Shown: positions 50,956 to 62,739 of the stretch, piece after piece
How the letters are laid out: each line of letters opens with the position of its first letter
Position numbering within the stretch: position 1 is the stretch's first letter
From: Callorhinchus milii
Lineage: Eukaryota
Length of the DNA: 64,000 bases
Direction of reading: 5' to 3'
Assembly (NCBI RefSeq): GCF_018977255.1
Contig: NW_024704743.1
Span: 105,464,001 to 105,528,000, forward strand
Program-made: the position numbers and the translations under genes
Notes under the pieces: model-generated
Database searches by the model: none
What the model was told of the DNA's origin: nothing
The model's input: the letters and a program-made list of their open reading frames with translations, nothing else

Positions 50956-51140
50956 ATTCGATGCTAAACGATGGCATTTGTCTTGGTCTTTCCAGTTAAA
51001 CGTCCGCCTGCAGGTGACTCCTGAGACAGGTTGCGAGAACTGACTTCTCTCTAAGTTAAGGTAAACAGAGAGAGAGAAAGAGAAAGAAAGAGAGAGAGAG
51101 AGAGAGGGGGCTGGTGGTGGGGGGGGGTCCAGGTTCAAGT
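50896..51140. repeat. Imperfect inverted repeat with (CT)n and (GA)n arms upstream of NPBWR1
   Basis: Arm 50896-50955 versus the reverse complement of 51067-51140: ACTTGA(T/A)CCTGGA plus 26 identical nt CCCCCTCTCTCTCTCTCTCTCTTTCT. Confidence 0.8.
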
Positions 51141-51592
51141 TAAACCACGTTGGGAGACGACAGGAGATGGTAACGATGTGAATGGAGGAGACTGAGGAAT
51201 GAGTGTTGTTTGAATCCCAAGGATCACAGAGAGGAATGAACGAGTGCTGTCTTTCTTTCCCAGTGTGAGTGCAATGCAAAGTGTTTGTTGCCTTAAAGTC
51301 GCCCAGTGCTGCATTTAAGCTCAACACTTAGAAATATCTGCTGTTTTTTCTGCTGCTTGGGGAGTTTTGCTCTGCGTTTTTTGTTTGCTTTTTAAAAACA
51401 AGAACTTGTTTTTGTGCACCACAAAACCTTTGTAATGCGCTGATATTGTCAAAGGCAACCCCTCCAACCCCTCCCCCTCACCAAATGAGGTCTGCAAAGC
51501 ACCCTGATCTGCATGTGTCCTAGTTGTGTGTGGGCTTTACACACTGTGACCAAATCTCTCGACAGAAGACATCAACGCCCTTGAGTTTCGCA

Positions 51593-52588
51593 ATGGAAAA
51601 TGCTTCCTGGAATCCGATGTCTCCGAACACGTCTTGCAACAGCCAAGAGGCCAATTGCCCCCCAGATGAGGGCAACGGGACCAATTTCATGGGGCCGGGT
51701 CCCTACCCAGACTTTTACATTGCAGTTCCAATTATATATTCTGTCATATGTGCTGTTGGTTTGACAGGCAACACTGCTGTGATTTATGTTATACTCCGAG
51801 CCCCGAAGATGAAAACAGTGACAAACATGTTCATCTTAAACCTAGCCATCGCCGATGAACTTTTCACCTTGGTTTTGCCCATCAACGTGGCTGACTATCT
51901 TCTGCTCCAGTGGCCCTTCGGGGAGCTGATGTGTAAACTGATCATCTCCATCGATCAGTACAACACCTTCTCCAGCATTTACTTCCTTACCGTCATGAGC
52001 ATCGATCGCTACTTAGTGGTCCTGGCCACAGTGAGGTCAAAGAAGATGTCCTACCGCACCTACAGGGCCGCCAAGATAGTCAGTATCTGTGTGTGGCTGT
52101 TTGTCACCATCATTATTTCACCCTTCACTGTTTTTAGCAAGATCGACAGTGAACAGGGCAGATTGCAGTGTGTTTATGTATTCCCCCATCCTGAGATTCT
52201 CTGGTGGAAAGCCAGTCGCATTTACACTCTCCTCATGGGATTTGCCATCCCCGTTTCCACCATCTGCATTCTGTACACCATGATGCTGCTCAGATTGAGG
52301 AACTTGCGGTTGAACTCTAATGCCAAGGCTCTGGACAAAGCCAAAAGGAAGGTAACATTGATGGTGCTGGTTATCTTAGGGGTCTGCCTTTTCTGCTGGA
52401 CTCCCTACCACTTGAGCACGATTGTAGCCTTGACCACTGAAATTCAGCAGACCACTCTCATCATCGGAATTTCCTACTTTATCACCAGTCTGAGCTATGC
52501 GAACAGTTGTCTTAATCCCTTCCTTTATGCCTTCCTGGATGACAGCTTCAGGAAAAGCTTTCGGAAACTATTAGACTGCAGAGCATGA
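51593..52588 (+). CDS. NPBWR1: Neuropeptide B/W receptor type 1 (GPR7), class A GPCR, intronless CDS, 331 aa
   Basis: Uninterrupted ORF from an ATG in good Kozak context (GCAATGG) to TGA. It has seven hydrophobic segments, GN, LAxAD, DRY, CWTP and NPFLY motifs, and N-terminal sequons NAS/NTS/NGT. ADELFTLVLPIN, IDQYNTFSS and EQGR match NPBWR1 as I recall it rather than NPBWR2. Confidence 0.93.
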   Translation: MENASWNPMSPNTSCNSQEANCPPDEGNGTNFMGPGPYPDFYIAVPIIYSVICAVGLTGNTAVIYVILRAPKMKTVTNMFILNLAIADELFTLVLPINVADYLLLQWPFGELMCKLIISIDQYNTFSSIYFLTVMSIDRYLVVLATVRSKKMSYRTYRAAKIVSICVWLFVTIIISPFTVFSKIDSEQGRLQCVYVFPHPEILWWKASRIYTLLMGFAIPVSTICILYTMMLLRLRNLRLNSNAKALDKAKRKVTLMVLVILGVCLFCWTPYHLSTIVALTTEIQQTTLIIGISYFITSLSYANSCLNPFLYAFLDDSFRKSFRKLLDCRA

Positions 52589-52615
52589 TCCTAAAGTCAT
52601 TGCGTGAGACAAAAT

Positions 52616-52725
52616 ATAATAACCCTTGCATTTGATATAGCGCCTTATCGCGCCGTTGAGACGTCTCAAAGCGTTTCACAGAATATATTGTGAAGTGGAT
52701 TGACTGTGTATTTTGTGGGTGAAAC
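52616..52725 (-). mobile_element. SINE 3' tail fragment just after the NPBWR1 stop
   Basis: ATAATAACCCTTGCATTTGATATAGCGCC..TTGACTGTGTATTTTGTGGG. Confidence 0.85.
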
Positions 52726-53431
52726 CAATATACCCCCATTACTGAATGTTGTGTATAATTTTAATCTGCCGTCCAGTTTAAATGTTGGGGGATATAAATT
52801 ATATGTAACAGAAATGTTGGTTTGTTAAATTAAAAAGGTTTAATTAAATTAACTACAGGATTAAAGCTTTTTTTTAATTATAGGTGTATATTAGTTGTGG
52901 GAGAATTATGTATGGTAAAATATTTAAACATATAATCTCCATTCTGATTTGAAGAGCAAGATGCTATTATAATAGAATTACATAATAATAGTCTTTGCAT
53001 TGATATAATGCCTTATCAAGTCAAAATGTCGCAGAGTGCTTCACAGAGTTTTCTGTAAATTAGAGTAACTGTGTATGATATCCTAAATTGGTACTTAATC
53101 TGAAACATAGACATGTATTAGTATTGCTGAGGGCTTGTTACATATGAAAATGTGTGTGTAAGCCTTTACTGCATTGGCAATGTGTTTAGACTCCAGGCAT
53201 AACCCATATAAAACATGCACACATTGGTGTATTGTTACTACAATAATACTACAATTTCACCCAGAATACATCTAGCACAAGAATAAGATACAAACTTTCA
53301 GATCGGATCACGGCAGGTGTAAAGACGAAGCAGAGAAATGGTTTCCGTAGAAAATATTATAAAGTATTATAGGAGTACTGATCACATTTACTTATTTCAG
53401 AAATACATTTTAAAGCGTTCATTATCAATCA

Positions 53432-53437
53432 AATAAA
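53432..53437 (+). promoter_or_regulatory. Candidate polyadenylation signal for NPBWR1
   Basis: First AATAAA I find downstream of the stop; an ATTAAA lies at 52829. Hexamers are weak evidence in AT-rich DNA. Confidence 0.25.
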
Positions 53438-53893
53438 AGTAAAATGCTTAGTTCTTGCTGAAAACATTGGAAACTTCAACTAAGCCACACTTTTATTCAC
53501 TTGGTGAGCCTCATGTTTGCTTCAGAAGATTTCACAGCTACTATTCGAAATATTCTTTTTTTCTGGTGCCCTGGTTTGCTTTTATTTTTCTAACCATAAC
53601 ACAATCCTTTTGAAATGATCCCAAAGGCTTGCCATTAATGTAACTTCTTAAGTTGTGGGAAGCAAACTGAAAATGTTTCCTTACACAGTCAAGATTGGCA
53701 GCACTGTGCAGCACAAGATAAGCTCTGATTAAATTGGTACAATAGGTACCCATTCAACACATGAGCATTGAACGGGTAAGTGACGCAATATATTGGAATA
53801 GTCTTCCCCCCACCCATTATAAACCTTGCTTGTGTTGGGCGTGCACATAATAATAGTAACTGCATGATAGTAATGTATCGTAATGATAGTAAT

Positions 53894-53949
53894 GGGACGT
53901 CCTCCCGACGTGAAAGGCGCTCTATAAATGGAATCTTGTTGTTGTTGTT
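53894..53949 (+). mobile_element. 56-bp LINE2 tail-only insertion
   Basis: GGGACGTCCTCCCGACGTGAAAGGCGCTCTATAAATGGAATC(TTG)n; TSD GTAAT. Confidence 0.85.
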
Positions 53950-54842
53950 GTAATATTGGTGCACCATCTGTACCATGTAATACCACTGCTCAGGGAGCTG
54001 CTTATGTGGGCTGAGAAGGGCAGTCACTCTCTATGTCTCAACTTTTTAAAAAATATAATTTCAAATACCTTTCTCCACAATTTGCTGGAGCTCCCATGCC
54101 AAATCTTTCTAATTATGCAAAGAATATTCTTTCCCTTATGTTTCTGAAAGAATTCCTCCAATCAGAAGTGAATTCATGTATATTTCTAAATATGTGCCTT
54201 TTTAACAATATTCACATGTCTGCTCTATAATCATTTTCACAATAGATCTAACTATTTTGAGCTCTAAATCATGCCATTATATGCGCATGGAATCTTTTTC
54301 CTTTAGGTCTCTCCATCACGCCTGTGATTGCCACAGTACTTTGGTTGTCTATTTTATACCCATAAGAACATTCTGCATTATCTAATAGACCTAGAATATT
54401 ATAAAATATATATATCACAACATATGTGGCCAAAATATGCTCATGAATTACTTATAACCAGCACCTTATAATTCACTCGGAAGTCTTTGCCAGGAACTTA
54501 AAGTCATTAATAGCTTAGAAATGTAACACCCTCATCCGTGTTTCTTTGGAGCCATCTACTGTATGTTATGAAAAGCTAAATATCTTATGAGAGCAGTGCT
54601 TAAACATGGCTTGTAAGTATTCCAAGATATTTGTACCACATTCCAACCATAACATTTTGATGTTAATAAGACAGCTAGCGTGATGCATATTTAATATGTG
54701 CATATTATATTCTTTTGAAATACTGTAACTCAAAGTGACCTATCATTGCGGCAATGTGTCTCTGTAACCTTTTTTTCAAAATAAACAGAAAATTCTTTCT
54801 ATAGTTTGTTTTCTTGAAATGTTTTAGGAGCTTTAAATCGAA

Positions 54843-56630
54843 GAACAACAACCACAACAACTTGCACTTATATAGTGCTATCGACGCAGGGTAGAATCTC
54901 AGAGTGCTTAACAGTGGCGGAGCCTGACTCCGAGCCTGTGGTGGGGGGTGGGGTGTAAGCACGGTCGAAGAGGAAGGTTTTTAGGCAGGACTTGAAAAAG
55001 GGGAGAGAGGAAGCAAGGCGGAGGATTGAGGGAGAGTGTTCCAGAGTTTTGGGGCGTAGTGGCTGAAAGCATGACCTCTGATGGTGAAGCGGAGGGTGCG
55101 AGGGACGAGCAGGAAGCCAGTGCCAGTCGAGCGGAGGCACTGGGTGGTGGATTGGGGAATAAGGGGGTCAGAGAGATAGGGAGATGCCAGAGAGTGAATG
55201 GGTTTGAACATGAGTGTGAGAATCTTGAAGTCCATCTGTTCAGTGATGGGGAGCCAGTGGAGCCTGACCAGAACTCGTGAGATGTGGTAACAGTGTTTGG
55301 TTCGGGTCAGAATATAGGCGGCAGAGTTCAGAATGAGCTGGATCTTGTGAATGGTGGAGCTGGAGAGACCGTTGGAGTAATCCAAGCAGGAAATGACAAA
55401 CGCATGGACAAAGGTTTCGGCTGCATTTGGGGTAAGGTACGGTCGGAGGCGGGCAATGTGGCGGAGGTGGAAGAAGGTGCTCCTGGTCAGGGCCCGGATG
55501 TGGGGGAAGAAGGACAGCTGGGGATCGAACCGGACGCCTAGATTGTACACTGGTTCGGTGAGTCTGAGGGAGGTTGAGGAGTTTAGTTCCGCAGGAGTGA
55601 AGACGTTGACGGGAGCCAAAGAGTTTGGCTTCTGTCTTGTCCATATTCAGCTGCAGGAAGTTTGCACTGATCCAGGCCCTGATGTCTGCCAGACGAGCTG
55701 ATAGAACATCGGCAAACCTGGAGTTGGTACCAGAGGAAGCAAAGTAGATTTGCTTGTCATCCGCATACATGTGGAAGTTTACCCAGAGGGAGCACATAGA
55801 TAACGAAAAGAAGAGGGCCAAGAATGGAGCCCTGGGTACCCAGCAGGTGACTGGGCCGGGATGGGAAGAGAAACAATTTGCTGAGATGACATGGAGGCGG
55901 TTGGTTAAGTAAGACTCGAACGATGCGAGTGCGGTCCTACTAAGGTGGATGAGGGAGGAGAGGCAGTGGAGAAGGTTAGCATGGTCGACTGTGTCGAACG
56001 GGGCAGAGAGATCCAGGAGGACGAGGACGCAGAGGGAGCCCTGGTCACAGATAGAGAGAATGTCGTTTGTGACTTTGACAAGCGCTGTCTCTGTGCTGTG
56101 GGCAGTGTGAAAACCAGACTGCAGGGGCTCGAGGAGGGAGTAGAGGGAGAGGTGTGACTGAAGTTGACCTGCAACAATGCGTTCCAAGTCTTTAGCAAGG
56201 AAGGGTAGTTTGGAGATGGGATGGTAATGTACGAGATTAGTGGGATAGCGGGTGGTTTTTTTCAGAAGGAGTGGAACAGAGTTGAGGAGAGAAACTGGTT
56301 GACCGTGTTGGCCAGCAGGGGGGAGAGAACGGGAAGTTGAGTGACCAGCAGCTGGGTGGGGAGGGGGTCGAGGCAACAGGTGGTGAACTTCATCCGGGTT
56401 ATTGGTTGGAGAGGGAGGAGGGAGAAATCGGGGCAAAGGAGTGTAAGGAGGGGGGAGTCGCAGGAGCTGTAGCGGAGGGAGAAAGCGGTGTGGATGGTCT
56501 GGGTGGGATGAGAGGGGACATGGGGGGGAAGGACGATGCAGCCCAAGTGGTTGTTTTCAATTTTTGAGGTGAAGAAGTCTAGGACATCTTTGCACTTGGC
56601 ATTTGATATGAGGATAGTGGGGGCTTGAGA
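54843..56630 (-). mobile_element. LINE2, about 1.8 kb, decayed ORF2 reverse transcriptase
   Basis: YHPISKLPFLAKDLE, QSGFHTAHSTETAL, LLDLSAPFDTVDH, FHMYADDKQIY and NFLQLNMDKTE; frameshifted; (CAA)n tail. Confidence 0.95.
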
Positions 56631-56955
56631 TGTAGGGTTTTTAAGTGGTACAACCCTGAGGTAAGATAGTACAGAGGCAATGGATAAATCAAAGGGTTAA
56701 TTTATTAATCAAAAGATGGTTATTAAACAGTTACAAGTTTCATGCTTACAACTGCAGAAGGTGATTCACAGCAGGCTGGGGACACCAACACACCAATAAT
56801 CCTTTGGCTAATTGTTTAGCCACAAACTCACATTCCCATGGGATCCAGTATCTCACAGTGTCCAACTGTGTCTAACGATGTCCCAAAGGTATCCCACGGT
56901 GTCCAACCTCTTAATATTTGTTTAGTTCTTTTATACCCCAAAGTTCAGACAAATG

Positions 56956-57165
56956 CCTAATAATAATCCCTCCAAAAAAAACCAATAATAAATTGGTCAT
57001 TTTCAATCTACGACTGTTTGTGGGACATTGCTGTGCGCAATTGGCTGCCGCGTTCGCCCACAAATATACGGTCAATTCACTTTACAGTGTGTTCTGTGAA
57101 GCGCTTTGGGATGTCCTCCCGACGTGAAAAGCGCTATATCAAATACAAGGATTATTATTATTATT
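56956..57165 (+). mobile_element. Young SINE, 5'-truncated
   Basis: Near-consensus 3' two-thirds; TSD AAATG (56951-56955, 57166-57170). Confidence 0.92.
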
Positions 57166-57492
57166 AAATGATGATGAAATAACAATTCACATTATTCACA
57201 TACCACAAGATAAACACTGCAGGTTCTTTTTTTGCAAATTGCATATTATGTGAAGCCAACAATCCTAATCATAGCAATATTTGCCACTTATAAATCTAAT
57301 ATATTAATGTATCAATTGTTTTCTCTTTATTCTCTTTTGCTGTTAGGAACTAAGGATATTAAATTCCTCTATTACTATTTTTACAGAAATGTAGAGTTTT
57401 GTGATAACAACTTGCATTTATATAGAGCTCTTCAGGTGGGATGATGTCTCAAAGAGTGTCACAGTGACGGAATCAGATGCTGAGCAAAGGAG

Positions 57493-57750
57493 AACAACAG
57501 CAACAAATTACACTTGTATAGCATCTTTCACGTCAGGAGGACATCCCAAGGTGCGGAACAGTCAAGGATCAAGGGGTAGAGGACGGGGAGGGTAGGGTTA
57601 GGAGGGTGACCGAAGGGTCTTGAGGTGGTTCTTGAAAGAGGAAGGGAGGAGGCGAGGTGGAGGAACAGTGGGATGGACTTCCAGATGGTCGGGGCAGAGA
57701 GGTCGACAAGCAGGGAGTTTGCGTAGGGGAGGGGCAGATAACCTGGCATC
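57493..57750 (-). mobile_element. LINE2 3' tail fragment
   Basis: CTTTCACGTCAGGAGGACATCCCAAGG tail stem-loop. Confidence 0.75.
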
Positions 57751-57764
57751 TGATTCCATTCTCA

Positions 57765-58415
57765 ACCATCCTTCCTACACTAGATTCAGTCTTTGATCAA
57801 GACTGCTTCCCTCTACCTCCGCCATATTGCCTACCTCCATCCCCCTCACACCAAATGATGCTGAAACCATTATTCACCTCCTGCCCAGGTTTCTCAAATG
57901 CACTCCTCATTGATCAGCCCGATACCACCACCTACAATGTCCAACCAATACAAAACTCCTTCACCCAAATCTTCACCAATATCAAACTCTGCACAACCAC
58001 CACCCCAATCCTCGCTAGGCTCCACTGGTTCCTGTTCTCAAATGGATTGGCTTCTGGGTCTTCACCTTCACAAACAAGTATAAAGGCCATTGCATCTCCC
58101 TACCTTTCTGATCTACTTGTACCCCACACCTCTACACACCCATTTCGCTGCTATTCATCGCTGGCCCCATAAGCGCAACCCATTGGTGATCAAGCCTTCA
58201 GTCACTATGCCTCTAACCTCTGGAACTTTCTGCTTATATCCACCTTCTTTACCTGTCTATCAATCCCATCATGAAACCTACCTAATTGACCATGCTTATG
58301 GTTTCTTCTCCCCCCCCCTTTACCTTATCTTGGTATGCAACCCCACCACCGTGAAGCACTCTTAGTTGTTATCCTATGTGAAAGGTGCAATATAAATGCA
58401 AATTATTGTTGTTGA
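57765..58415 (+). mobile_element. Old LINE2 3' portion
   Basis: IQNS..TPILARLHW peptide; tail GTGAAAGGTGCAATATAAATGCAAATTATTGTTGTTG. Confidence 0.8.
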
Positions 58416-59134
58416 TTTTGTTGTAGCAACCTTAGTGTGGTTCCAGCGCAAGTCATTAAGTCATTGGATTTGGTGTTTTGCTCAAGAGCAAAAGCGATGA
58501 ACAATTTAAATAGATATACAGATAAAATTTGCCAGCTTTCCTTCAGTTAAAAGAAACTGATTGTATATTGCACAACCAATTATACCAAGGCTATTTTGAA
58601 TGAAAGAAAATTCAGGTCATTCCAAGCCAGGTTTAGATTTTTGTCCAGCTGGTGAATTAAAAATGCCCACATTCCTCAAGTAATTTCTCTAAGTTCTTTT
58701 GTCTAAGCCTCTGACAAACACGACAAAGACTTCGGTTTTGCCAGAAAGTGTTCTATTGCTCACAAGCCAAAGGTACAAATAAAACAGGCTATTTTGAGGG
58801 GTGTAATGAAAGGAGAAAATAAATTGTTCAGGCTATATTCGTGAGAAAGTAATGAAGGTAAGAAAAAGAAGCTTGTCAGACATCAGACAAAACTCAGCAG
58901 TAGAAGAGAGAAAGCAAAGTAAATGATGGATTTCTGAAATGAATCCAGACATTCAGAAAATTGGATTAAGGAGGATCAAAAGTAAGCAGTAAATAGGACT
59001 ATATAACTTGAACTAGAGAAAAACAGTTGATCTGATGTTCTAAACATGGACTATTTACAGGACACTGTCATTTTTCTTCTTTGCTAATTATTCTCTTTCA
59101 AATTTCTTCATCCCTGGAAATGTTCAGGTAACCA

Positions 59135-59335
59135 TCAGGTGTTAGCTTAGCTCAGTTTGCAGCACTTTCTCAGGTTGAAATATCTACATCAGTACTTTTT
59201 GCTCACAGTCTCGGCTGACAATCCAGCACAATGCTAGGTGAGTGCTGCATTGTTGGAGTGGATGAGAAGTTAAACCAAGGCTCCATCTGCCTTTTCAGGT
59301 GAACTTTAAAGATCCCATGGCATTACTCGAAAGGG
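59135..59335 (+). mobile_element. Deu-domain SINE, 5' part
   Basis: GATGAGAAGTTAAACCAAGGCTCCATCTGCC..TTAAAGATCCCATGGCA. Confidence 0.7.
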
Positions 59336-60199
59336 GCGTTGGGGGGTGACAGTTACCTTAGTTCTTTGCATAGGACAGCCAGTTAATTAATGTGTGTCAC
59401 TTAATGAATATCCCAATTTGTAATATAATACAAATCTACATTTATATAGCGCCTTTCACATCAAGACACTGTCTCAAAGCATTTTACAGTTCTCTTTTGG
59501 CACCCGGGGTGGGGAGGAGATTTGAATTTGAACCACGAGTTTGCTCCATATGTCTAATTTTCTGCAGTGAGGTTTATTTTCAATGAGATTTCAGGTTGAG
59601 ACCTATGTGCCATTCAGTTCCTTTACAAGCCATGCCAGATAGGTCTTAAAAGGGATGGTACGTGCTTGTCCATTTTATCAGACGGTTGACTAGTTATAAT
59701 GTATGAGTGAGCAAAGAGCTAACTTGCTGCAGAAGATGATTGAGCAGCATACATAAAAGTGGTGAAAAAGAAATAATAATTGCAAACATTGCAAATATAA
59801 ACTAGAACCATAACTTTTTTACTGAGGCTTCCTACCCAAGATTGTAACCTGTCTTTTATTAAATGCAATAAAAAAGGTCACTTTTACTGCTTATTGTATA
59901 AGGCAAAACAACTGCAAATCATGAAAAATCACACTTGACAGAACTTAGCTGCAAGATATAGACAAAATGTCATGTATACCCAATGTGTACAAAAGCCCTA
60001 TCTGCAAAACCTTGTTAAATTATGTTTATTGCTGTTCACAATAGCTGTACCTTGAACCCTTTACAGTTTTAATCAAAACATGCTAAAATTATAGGTATTG
60101 TGGATAGCTTTGGGGTAAAATTCACCTGGGTCTAGATTTACAACAAAAGCAACTTGCATTTATATAACAGCTTTTATGCAGGATAGTATATACAGTATA

Positions 60200-60305
60200 T
60201 TAATAGTTTAGGACATGACACGTCCATGCGACTGCCTGGATGGTGGAAGGCGAATTGGATGGACCTTGGTCTTTTTCATCCAGTATTTCCTATGCTCCTA
60301 TATGT
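60200..60305 (+). mobile_element. CR1 3'UTR fragment
   Basis: Similar to 6870-6968 (GCGACTGCC.GGATGGTG.AAGGC.AATT.GATG). Confidence 0.7.
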
Positions 60306-61015
60306 CTTAGTGTGTTACACAATTGGACACCAAATGAACACCAATTGAACACACAATTGGACACCAAGTGAGGGAGCGAGATGAGGGTGAGATGACTATA
60401 GGTGCAGTTGAAGTGACAAGTCTTAAAGAGGGATTTAAAGATAGATAAAGGGGGGGGGGGGGTTGAGTCAGAGGGATAGAGGCAGGGAGTTCCAGAGGTT
60501 AGGGGCATAGTAACTATTAAAGTTGCATTTCACAGTGTGCAAAATTTGGCAAATTCTTAAACACAATCTTTAATGTTGAAACTGGTTTTCTGTAAGTTTT
60601 GATAAAAAAAGTTTCAAAAAACTTTTTAAAAAAAGCTTCAAAACTGAATGCAACAATTTTCTAAATTTGCTCACTTTGAAATACTATCTACTACTTTAAT
60701 GGAGTAAATCTGGTCCCAGTTGGAATTTCTACCATTTTATGACTAAGAAAGGAATTGTATTTTGTTCAAAAATGCTCCTATTCAGCATCTATTGCTTTCA
60801 TTAGAATCTCACTCAGAGCAAACCATTTCCTCACATAAAGAGTTGCGAGAATGTAGGATCCACTGACCCAAAAGACCATTGCTGCAGAATTAATTGAGAT
60901 GCTTAAGTGGACAAATAGTTGCTTAGAAAATAAGGATATTAAGAAAAGGAAAAAAAATAGAGAAATTGAATTAGAAAGATAAATGGCTTCCATAGAGTAA
61001 TAATATAAAATAAAT

Positions 61016-61323
61016 TATCCTTGCATTTGATATAACGCATTTCACGTCTTCTAGACGTCTCAAAGCGGTTCACAGAATATACCGTAAAGTGAATTGACTG
61101 TATATTTGTAGGCGAAATGCAGCAGCCAATTGCACACAGCAGTATCAACATTAACAGACAGTCGTGGATTAAAGTGACCAATTTATTATTGTTTTTTTCA
61201 TGAGGGATTATTATCAGGCATGTGGAGTAAGAAAACTTGCCCAAGGCTTCACCCTGCCAGGAATCGAACCTAGGTCTCTCACTTGCGAAGCAAGTTCTCT
61301 AACCACTGAGCTACAGGACTCCA
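61016..61323 (-). mobile_element. Young tRNA-derived SINE, full length
   Basis: A and B boxes; tail loop GACGTCTAGAAGACG. Confidence 0.92.
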
Positions 61324-62739
61324 CATTAAGGTGGTTGGAGTGGAATGGATATCACTAAATGTTACATGTTTGCTCTGAAAATTTCTCAAAATGTTTGACT
61401 TTCCTATATGAAAACATCTTCACGTAGAGCACTGGTAAATTTGATCTTATCCATTAACATTCTGACAAATACTTAGCCAGATGGGAAATGATGTGATCTA
61501 AATTTTTTTCTAAATACACAAATATTTTTATTAAGACCTTTACTATTTGTAAGACTTTTACTACCTTCTTTGATTTCACAGTTCCCCCCACTTGGTGACA
61601 TCTGCAATGAAGCATTTCTACAGCACTCAGTCATGTTTACAGCAGTACAGCTTTACCACTTCCTTTGCCTTTTGCATTTCACTATGTGCCTGCTTGAAGC
61701 CAGTGATTTATGGCCAGTATTTAATTTTTCAGTGTTACCTGCAACATTTTGATGCCTACTTTCTCAATGTCATTTTGAGATCAGAATTTCCTTTTTATAT
61801 TTAATTTTGTTTCATTTATTATTAAAAGATAAAACCTGTGTACTATGAATTATTGCCGTAACCTCAAAGTCATTGACTCATCTTCTGTTGTAACCACAAA
61901 GGAGTAGTAAAGAAATACTGTGAAGAAATATTGCAAACAGTTTGTTTACAGATATCAAGATGCTTAATTTGTGTTATTGCATCTTGTATTTAATACTCTG
62001 GATAAACAAAATGTCAACAGTAAGTTAGCTTGTGAAAAGTGGGAAATCACTTTCTTAATGCTTGTGTGGTATCTGTGCATAAAGCACAATATTATTACTT
62101 TAGTAAATATTTATCAAACCTAATAAGTGTTGTCAGATTTCCTGATGCCAATGTAGTTCAGGACAATCTCATCCAGAAATGTCCTCTGTATCCCATTTAT
62201 CTTTGTGTAATTGTATTAATATGATGGATACAGAAAATGATGCAGACACAGAAGGCACATAGCTGCAACAAAATGAAATCTGTGTTGATTTCTGCATAAT
62301 CTGAATAATTATTCAATGATCTGCACTGATTTAATAATAGGACAAATCAGATGCGTTTGTAATATGTTCCCTCAAGACTATTTAGTCTGGAGTCAGTGTG
62401 TTTATCCTTGATTTCGCTCTTTACTAGATGCCTGGTTGCATTAAACTGTAAATGAAGTCAACATTTTTAAAAGGATTTGCAAAGGTTACATTTACAACTT
62501 TACTCACTTTTATAGATGAAAATCTGGAAGTGATTCCCCTTCTGGTCAATAACCATGCAGTGCAAGGTCATGATAGCTCCAACCTATAAATTTACACCAC
62601 CCTGGTCAGTCCATTTACCAACCAGGAGGGAATAAAATGCACAAGCTTGCCAAGGTCGGTAAATTTACTAATCATTGTGGCATCACCCTTAACCTTTTTA
62701 TTTAGATTTTCTCTTTTCTCGATTTTATGTTCTCTCTGA

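Noticed and set aside
51524..51592. 23-aa N-terminal extension of the GPCR in the ORF track
   Set aside because: It starts at TTG. The ATG at 51593 has good Kozak context and gives an MENAS start like that of known NPBWR1.
55240..56436. 398-aa reverse-transcriptase-like ORF
   Set aside because: Decayed LINE2 that goes out of frame at both ends; not a functional or domesticated gene, and not a retron or DGR.
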